From an uncultured virus (IMG/VR IMGVR_UViG_3300042363_001425) (Duplodnaviria; Heunggongvirae; Uroviricota; Caudoviricetes): DNA of 20,000 bases. Below, one piece after another: positions 9,073 to 16,962 of this stretch. The translations under genes and the position numbers were made by a program. Where the stretch lies: IMG/VR virus record IMGVR_UViG_3300042363_001425. One strand, 5' to 3'. The notes beneath the pieces were generated by a model. It searched no databases. It saw only the letters and a program-made list of their open reading frames with translations, and had not been told where the DNA came from. The first letter of the stretch is position 1. Each line of letters starts with the position of its first letter.

Positions 9073-9101
9073 AAAAAGGACCTCAATTGAGGTCCTTTTT
9101 T
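9073..9101. terminator. Bidirectional intrinsic terminator
   Basis: Perfect 28-bp palindrome AAAAAGGACCTCAATTGAGGTCCTTTTT (9073-9100) with T-tracts on both strands, between convergent genes. Confidence 0.9.
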
Positions 9102-9153
9102 GTTAGGGCTGACTGTTAAAATCAATTCCACCACTTGGTTTAAGTCCAAGAAC

Positions 9154-9753
9154 TTAGTCGTTGTCTGCAGCTCCCATAGTTTCTTCAAGAACTCTGACTG
9201 TGTCAGTTGAATCATTATGTAGAACTCCAATACCGCCAGCGGCTGTCCATTTTTCTAACTTTCTTTCAAAGTCGTCAATTAGGATAGGTTCGCAATGCAA
9301 TAGTGTTTTAGCTGGCTCAACATATTCATGTTTTTGACTAGCTAAAATAAAACGAGTTTCTTTTGTAAAATCAGCAGGGTCGGTTATTGCCGCTTGATCA
9401 ATTCCTAAATTAGCATTAACCCATTTAGCCTTGCCAGTAAAACAACCTGGGTGTCTACTAGGCGAAGATAAGATAATTGGGTCATACCTTTTAATGTAGT
9501 CCCATAGCTCCCTACCGTCTTTCATCCATGGTAGATTAGTCCAAAAGGCTTCTCCTAATTTATCGATTGCTGGCCAAATTGAATCTTTGCCGTGTTTAGA
9601 TTCGTATTCTTTAGGGGATAGGCGGTCCGTGTTGTCGGGTAATTCTTTAAAACCTCGGTCAAAGTCAACTAGGACTCCGTCAAGATCGCAAAATACTCGA
9701 AACTTAGTAGTTCCAGCATCCTCATTTACAAATTCTGTGAATTTTTTAATCAT
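9154..9753 (-). CDS. HAD-superfamily 5'(3')-deoxyribonucleotidase (NT5C)-like phosphatase with an N-terminal capsid-targeting-like peptide
   Basis: HAD motif I FCDLDGVLVDF, motif II ILSS, conserved K in GKAKWV, motif IV ILIDD, and WTAAGGIGVLH. N-terminus is MIKKFTEFVNE. Confidence 0.85.
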   Translation of the reverse strand: MIKKFTEFVNEDAGTTKFRVFCDLDGVLVDFDRGFKELPDNTDRLSPKEYESKHGKDSIWPAIDKLGEAFWTNLPWMKDGRELWDYIKRYDPIILSSPSRHPGCFTGKAKWVNANLGIDQAAITDPADFTKETRFILASQKHEYVEPAKTLLHCEPILIDDFERKLEKWTAAGGIGVLHNDSTDTVRVLEETMGAADND

Positions 9754-10078
9754 TTTGTTTTAGTTCAAATTGAGTGTCTTGATCTTGGTTGATAATGGCC
9801 AAAAGATCGTTTGCCATAATTAAGTGGTATGCAACTGAATCCCAAGTTACGTCAAGGCCTGAGTATCTTTGGTAAAGAACTTTGTCGCCTATTTTAACTG
9901 GACATTTTGAGTTGTCTGCAACTAGGTGACCTAGTGAAACTACTATTCCAGTATTTGGTCTTTTTCTTGCATCCACTGATAAAATAATGCCAGTTTCAGT
10001 TTTAGCTTGAACAGCGTCTGGTAAAACCATGACTCTTTCAAACAAAGGTATAAATCCTTCTGATATGTTAATGCTCAT
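9746..10078 (-). CDS. groES: Co-chaperonin GroES (Cpn10)
   Basis: PLFERVMV, mobile loop KTETGIIL, GIVVSLG, VKIGDKVLYQRYSG and DLLAII. Confidence 0.93.
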   Translation of the reverse strand: MSINISEGFIPLFERVMVLPDAVQAKTETGIILSVDARKRPNTGIVVSLGHLVADNSKCPVKIGDKVLYQRYSGLDVTWDSVAYHLIMANDLLAIINQDQDTQFELKQND

Positions 10079-11188
10079 TTAGCTTTTGTAATTTTTTTTG
10101 AATTTATAATAATTAAACTTACGACGAGAGCTTAGATCAACGCTAGCTTTAATTGCATCCATAACCTCAGTTGGAAAAACTGCGGTACTTAAACGTACTA
10201 ATGTCTTATTGCGATTAATGTTATTCTCGGTCGTCAGCCATTCACCAGGTTCCTTTATCTTTAGAGTTTCACATGTAACTTCACGTAAAAAATCCATGAA
10301 CCCTAGGTCACCTGAATCAATTAAGTATTTAACTTCGGTCCACGGTAGAGAAGCTTTAACTAGTTCAATAATTCTGGTAACTTTAGAAGCAGTCATCTTT
10401 GGATGAACTCTTGGAATATTATCAGAAGCATCACCAGCTAAACATTTGGTTAAAATATCAAGAGTCGGATCAATCATAAAATGTTTGTAATCCTTTTGAG
10501 TTAAGTCGTTTAGGATATTCACAATTGCTGAGTTATCGATATTCTCAATGTCAAAATCAAAAAGATCAATTGATTCTTCTTTAATTTCCCCAAAGTCCTC
10601 AGTTGTGTAAATCTTTTTGTACTTAGTCATTTGTTTTGGCATGATAAGAATTACTTTACGTTTCTTGCTTTCAAGCAATTGAGTTAAGTCCTTATCTACT
10701 GACCATATACAAATATCCTCTTGTAAATTTTCACAAATGTAAGCAATTAAGTCATCACCTTCTGCGCCAGGAACACGGTTTACAACAACTCCGTAATCTT
10801 CGGAAATTGTACTTAAGATTTCAGTTTGAAAGTACTCAAAGAATAGGTAGATTTTATCATCGTATTTTCTTTGACCCTTATAACTAAAATCGCCTTCACC
10901 GTGAGTTTCAAAATGTTCCTTAATGTATTTCTTTCTCCAACTCTTAGAGTCGAATACAAAAAATACAGAACTAATATTTTCCTTAAATGGGGCAAGGATA
11001 CTTCCAAAGTAATTTATTGAAAATTGTCTGAAGGTATCTTTGCTTGCCTGTTTAAGAAGGAATTTATCATCATTTAATAAGTCGGAAACGTAGTACTTCT
11101 CGCCAACCCGCTTGTCGTTTGCTAGAATATTCTTTGCAATACTTACAGCTACATTTAAAAAAGCATTTCCGTCTATGATTAAATTCAT
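10079..11188 (-). CDS. rnh: 5'-3' exonuclease / T4 RNase H-like flap endonuclease
   Basis: IIDGN, VFDSKSWRK, YKGQRK, EGDDLIA, SVDKDLTQL and LAGDASDNIP are the FEN/5'-nuclease acidic motifs. Confidence 0.92.
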   Translation of the reverse strand: MNLIIDGNAFLNVAVSIAKNILANDKRVGEKYYVSDLLNDDKFLLKQASKDTFRQFSINYFGSILAPFKENISSVFFVFDSKSWRKKYIKEHFETHGEGDFSYKGQRKYDDKIYLFFEYFQTEILSTISEDYGVVVNRVPGAEGDDLIAYICENLQEDICIWSVDKDLTQLLESKKRKVILIMPKQMTKYKKIYTTEDFGEIKEESIDLFDFDIENIDNSAIVNILNDLTQKDYKHFMIDPTLDILTKCLAGDASDNIPRVHPKMTASKVTRIIELVKASLPWTEVKYLIDSGDLGFMDFLREVTCETLKIKEPGEWLTTENNINRNKTLVRLSTAVFPTEVMDAIKASVDLSSRRKFNYYKFKKNYKS

Positions 11189-11192
11189 GATA

Positions 11193-11504
11193 TTAGTTTT
11201 TAGGTGCAGCTTTTGCTGCTGGTGGATTAGGTTGAACGCTTAGTTTTTTAATTGCCTTTGCAATCAGTTCAGATTCGTCAAGAGTAAATATACCCTTTGC
11301 TTGGCAATGAGTAGCTGCTGAAATTAGGACAATCACTGAGTGTTCAGGTGTTAAGTTTGCCAAGAACTGTTCGTAGTCATTCTGATTTGTATAGCTAATT
11401 GAAGATAAAAGAGTCGCAATTGGAGCAGCCTCAGGTTGAGTGTTTTCAACCTGAGGATTCTCTACAACTGGCTCAGTCTTTTTACTATTACTTTTAGTAG
11501 TCAT
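11193..11504 (-). CDS. Hypothetical 103-aa protein
   Basis: Intact ORF tightly packed between SSB and RNase H. Low-complexity ends and a helical-looking core. Confidence 0.75.
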   Translation of the reverse strand: MTTKSNSKKTEPVVENPQVENTQPEAAPIATLLSSISYTNQNDYEQFLANLTPEHSVIVLISAATHCQAKGIFTLDESELIAKAIKKLSVQPNPPAAKAAPKN

Positions 11505-11519
11505 GAGCTTTTAATTATT

Positions 11520-12572
11520 TTATAAGTCTGCGAATAAATCGTCTAAATCATCTGCTTTAGCTGGAGCAGCTGGGGCAGGAGTTGCGGTGTTCACTGGAGC
11601 TGCAGGCATGTCAAAATCATCTTCTAAATCAATTGACGTGCTCTTACTTGCTGGAGTTGGAGCTGGTGTGTATTCCAAATCTTCTCCCATTGGCGCTTGT
11701 GTACGATTGATAGGTTTTGAGTTAGTGAAGTGTTTCTTCATTCTCTCGTCCTTAGTTGTTGCAACCAAGTTATCAATGATTTGCTTGTAAGGAACAATTG
11801 CTTTGATATAATCAGCAACTTTTTCATATTCAGAATCTGTCCAATCTTTGTAGAAGTATTGGCTCATGTCTGGAGAATTCTTTTTCAAGAACTCAGTTGT
11901 GAAGTTCATTACTTTCTCGTCAGTAGATACTGGGATTTCTCTACCATTATGCGAAATAATTAATGGACTAACTTCATTCATGAATTTACTTGAGCTGAAA
12001 TCTCTCCATGCTTTGGTTTTACGTTTAATAACCAAAACAAAATCCTTACCTGTAGTAAGTGAGAATGGATTGATTTTTTGAGTAGTTACTAACTCTGATT
12101 CTGGATTAATTTCCTGTTGAATTAAGTTGTCAATTGTGTAACCGTATGAGTACACTTTAATTTGACCTTCCAACGTTGGGAATTGAGGATCTTTCTTGAT
12201 ATAAACACAAGAATAGTAATTGTAATAACGATTGAAATACTTTTGGATCTCTTCAACTATTGAAGGTTCCTCGTTTTTCAAACGTTTTAACTCTAGGTCA
12301 AGAGACCAAAGAATTGAAGAAGCACCAGTCGTTGAAGGGCAGTCAACATACAACTTCTCATTAGTTAGAGGGTTGATAAGTTTAGCTGCGTACTTTTTGT
12401 AACGACTTTGCTTTGGATTTGCAGCCCATGGAATAAATCGAATTACCGATTTGTAAATTCCATTCTGACCTTGGTCCGGTCCTGGGTTGTACATGTGCTC
12501 GTCGACTTTGCGACCAGCTGATGATGATTTGCCTGAGAAATCATCAAGGTTGAGGTTAAATAGATCTTCCAT
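11520..12572 (-). CDS. Single-stranded DNA-binding protein, T4 gp32-like
   Basis: VIRFIPW, DCPST, NPFSLTTGKDFVLVIK, DFSSSKF, a Pro/Ala linker and the acidic tail DDLDDLFADL. Confidence 0.88.
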   Translation of the reverse strand: MEDLFNLNLDDFSGKSSSAGRKVDEHMYNPGPDQGQNGIYKSVIRFIPWAANPKQSRYKKYAAKLINPLTNEKLYVDCPSTTGASSILWSLDLELKRLKNEEPSIVEEIQKYFNRYYNYYSCVYIKKDPQFPTLEGQIKVYSYGYTIDNLIQQEINPESELVTTQKINPFSLTTGKDFVLVIKRKTKAWRDFSSSKFMNEVSPLIISHNGREIPVSTDEKVMNFTTEFLKKNSPDMSQYFYKDWTDSEYEKVADYIKAIVPYKQIIDNLVATTKDERMKKHFTNSKPINRTQAPMGEDLEYTPAPTPASKSTSIDLEDDFDMPAAPVNTATPAPAAPAKADDLDDLFADL

Positions 12573-12599
12573 TGTTCAAAATTGATTTTAATTTAAAGA

Positions 12600-12626
12600 A
12601 TTGTACTAAAAAATGTGTGTAAGTTT
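12600..12626 (-). promoter_or_regulatory. Putative promoter AAAC-N16-GTACAAT upstream of the SSB unit
   Basis: Minus strand reads AAAC TTACACACATTTTTTA GTACAAT, 27 nt before the ATG and directly after a terminator. Confidence 0.7.
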
Positions 12627-12627
12627 C

Positions 12628-12661
12628 AAAAAATAAGGGCGAGTTTTTTAGACTCGCCCTT
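12628..12661 (-). terminator. Intrinsic terminator downstream of the Hc1-like gene
   Basis: Minus strand reads AAGGGCGAGT-CTAAAAA-ACTCGCCCTT followed by ATTTTTT. Confidence 0.85.
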
Positions 12662-12690
12662 GAATGTGAACTTGTTGTCTAATTTATCAA

Positions 12691-12879
12691 TTAAACAGTA
12701 GGCTCAACTTTAGACTCTTGAACGTGCGTTCTGCCTTCCTGGCAAGTCGCTTTGATCTCTTGAAGAAGTTTACGGGTTCTAGTACCAGCTGACTTATTTC
12801 CTTTTTCGTAGAATTTTACAGCTTCTGCTTCAAGTTGTGATACTTGTTCCTTTAATGAATTTAACCATTGTGGTGTCAT
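12691..12879 (-). CDS. Histone H1-like (Hc1 family) small protein, Bacteroidota type, 62 aa
   Basis: EAEAVKFYEKGNKSAGTRTRKLLQEIK matches the recalled Hc1-family core KFxxKGNKAAGTRxRK. The start is placed at ATG 12879 (MTPQW), downstream of the promoter motif. Confidence 0.85.
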   Translation of the reverse strand: MTPQWLNSLKEQVSQLEAEAVKFYEKGNKSAGTRTRKLLQEIKATCQEGRTHVQESKVEPTV

Positions 12880-12901
12880 AATTTCAACTATTTTTTTGTA
12901 T

Positions 12902-12928
12902 CTTATATACAAAAAATTCACCCGGTTT
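12902..12928 (-). promoter_or_regulatory. Putative promoter AAAC-N16-ATATAAG upstream of the Hc1-like gene
   Basis: Minus strand reads AAAC CGGGTGAATTTTTTGT ATATAAG, 22 nt before ATG 12879. Confidence 0.62.
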
Positions 12929-12934
12929 TACGGA

Positions 12935-13660
12935 TTATCGATATTTGTTTGAAAATATTGACTTTGGGAATGATTTCTTAGCAAACTCAATCCAAGCGGT
13001 CATCACCTGATTAAACTCAGGTTGTGAAATTATTCCAGAAATAAGAAATGGTCTTAAGTACTCTTCGAATTCCTGATCAATTGGGATTCTTCGCTTAACC
13101 GCAGCTGCATGCATACCGGATACCATTGCAGGAAGCTCATCACTTAATAAGAAATAACTATAGTTATCATTTGCTTTACTACGCTTCTTTGCTGAAGTAT
13201 TTATTGCATGAGAGTCTTTACGGTTCAAACCTTTCTGTAAAAGGTGCTCAGTTTCGTGCCTAAGTAGATCAACTAATTTGAATCTTAGGGACTCATAACA
13301 GTTGGGTTCTGTCTCTGGGTTTAAGTATATTACTACATCAATTTCAGGAGAGTCTGGGTCTGAAGCCTTTGGGATAAACGCATTAGCGTCAACTGCATAA
13401 CCTTTCTCTTTAAAATTTATGGATTCCCATGGCATATTAACAAAGTCTGGAATTGCGGCTGGTTCAAATTCATGAACTCTAACTACTTTAATATTAACAC
13501 TAAACTCAATAGGCTCTTGATAATCTAAAACTACGTGTTTTATTCTGTTTACTGTTGTACTAGATGTCTTTTTGACAAAGTCAAAAACGTCCTTTGCATA
13601 CGAGGCTGCTAGCGTATCGTACTTAGATTCAAATACAAATTGATTAAATCTTTTTAGCAT
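12935..13660 (-). CDS. Putative zincin-like (HExxH) protein with a capsid-targeting-like N-terminus
   Basis: LLRHETEHLLQ (HExxH), then YFLLSDELPA (candidate third ligand Glu). N-terminus is MLKRFNQFVFE. Confidence 0.7.
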   Translation of the reverse strand: MLKRFNQFVFESKYDTLAASYAKDVFDFVKKTSSTTVNRIKHVVLDYQEPIEFSVNIKVVRVHEFEPAAIPDFVNMPWESINFKEKGYAVDANAFIPKASDPDSPEIDVVIYLNPETEPNCYESLRFKLVDLLRHETEHLLQKGLNRKDSHAINTSAKKRSKANDNYSYFLLSDELPAMVSGMHAAAVKRRIPIDQEFEEYLRPFLISGIISQPEFNQVMTAWIEFAKKSFPKSIFSNKYR

Positions 13661-13661
13661 A

Positions 13662-14231
13662 TTAGAATTTCTTTATGAAAATTACGTCTAACTGGCTAGT
13701 AGATGGAATTCCCTTACTGTCATAATCAACATCAAGTTCTCCACGTTCCTTGCCTAATTTACTAGAAGCTACTTCATTTTTTAATTTATCGTAAGCTGCT
13801 GCATCCATAGATTTTTTACCTTGCATTGCCTGCATTAGGTCATCTCTTTTATCAGTTAAGTTATTGTCAGCAATAAATTTGTCGATGTCAGCTGGAGCTA
13901 ATTCGTACTCAACATATCTTCTTACTCCTCCGCCATCTGCATATTGAGAATGCCATTTTTTATCAGTGTCTAAAAATACTAATTTAGTAATTCCATCGCC
14001 AGCGCTAACCTGGGGAGCATTAGGATCTGGCGGTAAAGCCATTGCAGCTGGATCGGTTGGAGCTGGAGGAATTCCGGACGACGTTACTGGAGGAGCCATT
14101 GTATCATCAGCTACTGGAGTAAATGCAGCAGGATCTGCTGCTGGTTCAGAAATTGATGCATTATCATCAGCATCTCCTTCAGCTTCAAATATAAAGCTAC
14201 GTTTAAATTCGGCAAAGTTTAATATTTCCAT
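13662..14231 (-). CDS. Hypothetical 189-aa late protein with an acidic Pro/Ala-rich linker; possible head internal protein
   Basis: N-terminus MEILNFAEFKRSFIFE, then about 50 aa of P/A/D-rich sequence. Preceded by an exact TATAAATA. Confidence 0.75.
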   Translation of the reverse strand: MEILNFAEFKRSFIFEAEGDADDNASISEPAADPAAFTPVADDTMAPPVTSSGIPPAPTDPAAMALPPDPNAPQVSAGDGITKLVFLDTDKKWHSQYADGGGVRRYVEYELAPADIDKFIADNNLTDKRDDLMQAMQGKKSMDAAAYDKLKNEVASSKLGKERGELDVDYDSKGIPSTSQLDVIFIKKF

Positions 14232-14250
14232 AATTAGTGATATTGTTAGG

Positions 14251-14260
14251 GTTATTTATA
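14251..14260 (-). promoter_or_regulatory. T4-type late promoter TATAAATAAC
   Basis: Exact TATAAATA at 14253-14260 (minus), immediately after the nrdJ terminator and 21 nt before ATG 14231. Confidence 0.72.
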
Positions 14261-14262
14261 AC

Positions 14263-14288
14263 AAAAAAGGAGGCCTAAGCCTCCTTTT
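14263..14288 (-). terminator. Intrinsic terminator downstream of nrdJ
   Basis: Minus strand reads AAAAGGAGGC-TTAG-GCCTCCTTTTTT. Confidence 0.88.
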
Positions 14289-14307
14289 AAATAGTGGTAA
14301 AGTTATA

Positions 14308-16881
14308 TTAACCGCATTTAGAATCTCCACAGTTCTTGCAAGTTAAACAGCCTTCAGTATAAACTAGGGCATCTGATCCACAAGCTTTACAGGTTTTACC
14401 TGAAACCGTGGTTCCGTCTTTAACGAATTTTTTAATCATTCTCTTAACTCCAGCTTTCCAAGTGGTGATAAGATCCCCATCTAAATTTAATGAATCTAAT
14501 AACTCAAGTACATAAGGTAATGGCATGCCATGTCTAAGTACAGCTGAGATTGTTTTTGCCATATCATGATACTGAGAGTCAAATGCATGATTTAAGTTAG
14601 GAATTCTAATTTGTTCTCCCATTTTGTCAGTGTAAACCACATCGTATGAAGATTTACCCACCTTTTTGGTTCTAACAATTTTAGCAGAATCAACATAGGT
14701 TGGAATTGGGAAATTTTCGTGTTGACCTGTAAATACTTCATACGGCTTTCCATTTAATAAACCAATAAAACCTACCCAACGTTCTCCGCTATTCATGAAA
14801 GTGGTAACTGAACATTCTAACTCAGCTGGACGTTTAGGTGCTTGAGAGTCTTTAAATAACTCCTGCTTTTTCTTTTCGTCCTTTGATACTAGAACTCCTG
14901 AACGTGAACCGTCTCTGTATATTGTACAGCCCTTACAGCCTTCTTCCCAAGCAGTTGTGTAAACTTGATTTACTAGCTCCTCAGTTACATGTTCAGGTAA
15001 ATTAACGGTTACTGAAATTGAGTGATCGACCCATTGTTGGATCTTTCCTTGCATTCTAACTTTCTCAACCCAGTCAACGTCATTTGCCATTGCTTTATGG
15101 TACGGAGATTTTTCAATAAGCATCTGAATTGTGTCATCTGATAACTTCTCGATACTGCTAGATTCACCCTTAGGAATAAATTTATATCCTTCAATCTCAA
15201 TCCATTTTTTGAACCCGTGATGAAATACGAAATATTCTTCCCAATGATCTCCAACTGAATCAATGAAATCTGATTTTGAATTCTTATCATTTGGATTTAT
15301 TTTCTTTCTACGTTTATAAGAAACCATGAAAGCTGGCTCAATTCCAGAAGTGGTTTGAGACATTAATGAAACTGTTCCAGTTGGTGCAATTGTTAAAAGA
15401 GCAATATTTCTTCTACCGGTTGTTATTAAGTTATTGTATAATTCAGGATCGTATTGTTTGATTCTTTCTAAGAAAGGATGGCCTTCTTCTCTAGCTGCAT
15501 CCCAAATAGAAAATGCTCCACGCTCATTAGCTAGGATATTAGAAGAACGAAATACTTCTAGGGCATAAGTTCTAGCAACTTCAACTGCAAAATCAGTAGC
15601 AGCTGGAGTTCCATATCTTAAACCTAATGCTGCAAGCATATCGCCCTCAGCGGTAATACCTACGCCAGTTCTACGACCTTCTTTACATTTCTTCTTGATA
15701 CGAGTCCATAATTCAAGTTCGGTTCTTTTAACCTCAACTGCTTCTGGGTCGTTATTGATCTTTTCGATTATCTTGTCAATTTTTTCAATTTCTAGATCGA
15801 TAATATCATCCATTAATCTAAGAGCAATTTGTGCATGCTCTTTAAATAGAGTAAAGTCAAAATATGCTTCCTTGGTGAAAGGATTAACTACGTATGAAAA
15901 TAGATTTATTGCAAGCAGACGACATGAATCATCTGGACAAAGTGGAATTTCTCCACATGGATTTGTTGAAACTGTACGATAACCTAAGTCAGAATAACAG
16001 TCAGCAAACGATTCTCTAATAATTTGATCCCAATACAGAATTCCAGGCTCTGCTGATTTCCATGCATTGTGAATGATTTTGCCCCAAAGAGAAGTTGGGT
16101 TAATTTCTTTTGTTGTTTTTGGAGCGTCAGACCAAATTGGATACTGTTGAATATATGATTTGCCATCTCTAACAGCTTCCATGAAATCATCATGAATTTT
16201 AACTGAGATGTTTGCACCAGTAACCTTTGTGCTGTCTAATTTAGCATCAATGAAAGCTTCTGCTTCAGGGTGTCTAATTGAACATGATAACATCAATGCT
16301 CCGCGACGACCGCCTTGTGCAACTTCACGAGTTGAATTAGAGTATCTTTCCATAAATGGCACAATACCAGTTGAGGTTAGGGCTGAATTCTTAACCTCAG
16401 TTCCAGCAGGGCGAATGTCTGAAACATCATGGCCTACGCCACCTCTACGTTTCATTAACTGAACTTGTTCTTGGTCAAGTTTCATAATTGCACCATACGA
16501 GTCAGCTGCACCATCTACTCCAATAACAAAGCAGTTTGATAGGGAGACTGTCTGGTAATCATTTCCAATACCAGTCATTGGTGAACCCTGTGGAATAATG
16601 TACTTGAATTTGTCAAGTAATGAAAAAATGTGCTCTTCACTTAATGGATTAGGGTACTTTTCCTCAATTCTAGCTAATTCTGATGCAATTCTGCGATGCA
16701 TCATTTCTGGAGTCTTTTCGTAAATTGTCCCGTTTGAATCCTTTAGGGCGTATTTGTTTACCCATACGGTAGCTGCTAAATCATCCCCGTTAAAATACTC
16801 TAAAGATGCGGCTTCGGCTTCTTCTCGGGTATAAGTCGTTTTCACAACCGGTTCAGTTTCAAGTACTAAATTGTCTATCAT
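14308..16881 (-). CDS. nrdJ: Class II adenosylcobalamin-dependent ribonucleoside-diphosphate reductase, Bacteroidota-like
   Basis: PQGSP, SLSNCFV, GGRRGALM, TNPCGEIPL, TIAPTGTVS, SISVTVNLP, GCTIYRDGSR and C-terminal CxxC...GCLTCKNCGDSKCG. The start is placed at ATG 16881 (MIDNL) after an A-rich leader; the track start is 16929. Confidence 0.93.
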   Translation of the reverse strand: MIDNLVLETEPVVKTTYTREEAEAASLEYFNGDDLAATVWVNKYALKDSNGTIYEKTPEMMHRRIASELARIEEKYPNPLSEEHIFSLLDKFKYIIPQGSPMTGIGNDYQTVSLSNCFVIGVDGAADSYGAIMKLDQEQVQLMKRRGGVGHDVSDIRPAGTEVKNSALTSTGIVPFMERYSNSTREVAQGGRRGALMLSCSIRHPEAEAFIDAKLDSTKVTGANISVKIHDDFMEAVRDGKSYIQQYPIWSDAPKTTKEINPTSLWGKIIHNAWKSAEPGILYWDQIIRESFADCYSDLGYRTVSTNPCGEIPLCPDDSCRLLAINLFSYVVNPFTKEAYFDFTLFKEHAQIALRLMDDIIDLEIEKIDKIIEKINNDPEAVEVKRTELELWTRIKKKCKEGRRTGVGITAEGDMLAALGLRYGTPAATDFAVEVARTYALEVFRSSNILANERGAFSIWDAAREEGHPFLERIKQYDPELYNNLITTGRRNIALLTIAPTGTVSLMSQTTSGIEPAFMVSYKRRKKINPNDKNSKSDFIDSVGDHWEEYFVFHHGFKKWIEIEGYKFIPKGESSSIEKLSDDTIQMLIEKSPYHKAMANDVDWVEKVRMQGKIQQWVDHSISVTVNLPEHVTEELVNQVYTTAWEEGCKGCTIYRDGSRSGVLVSKDEKKKQELFKDSQAPKRPAELECSVTTFMNSGERWVGFIGLLNGKPYEVFTGQHENFPIPTYVDSAKIVRTKKVGKSSYDVVYTDKMGEQIRIPNLNHAFDSQYHDMAKTISAVLRHGMPLPYVLELLDSLNLDGDLITTWKAGVKRMIKKFVKDGTTVSGKTCKACGSDALVYTEGCLTCKNCGDSKCG

Positions 16882-16925
16882 GTGTTCTTTTTTTTTATTT
16901 TTTAGTTGGTTTCGAGTGACTGAAG

Positions 16926-16962
16926 ACAATGCTACCCCAAACAGTGCTTGAGGTACTATTGC
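16926..16962 (-). other. RNA hairpin in the nrdJ 5' leader
   Basis: Minus strand reads GCAAT-AG-TACCTCAAGC-ACT-GTTTGGGGTA-GC-ATTGT, giving 10-bp and 5-bp stems with three G-U pairs. No U-tract follows. Confidence 0.55.

Noticed and set aside
9102..9153. Two tiny hairpins in the HAD gene 3' UTR (CTTGG/CCAAG and TGATT/AGTCA on the minus strand)
   Set aside because: The stems are only 5 bp, which is within chance expectation.
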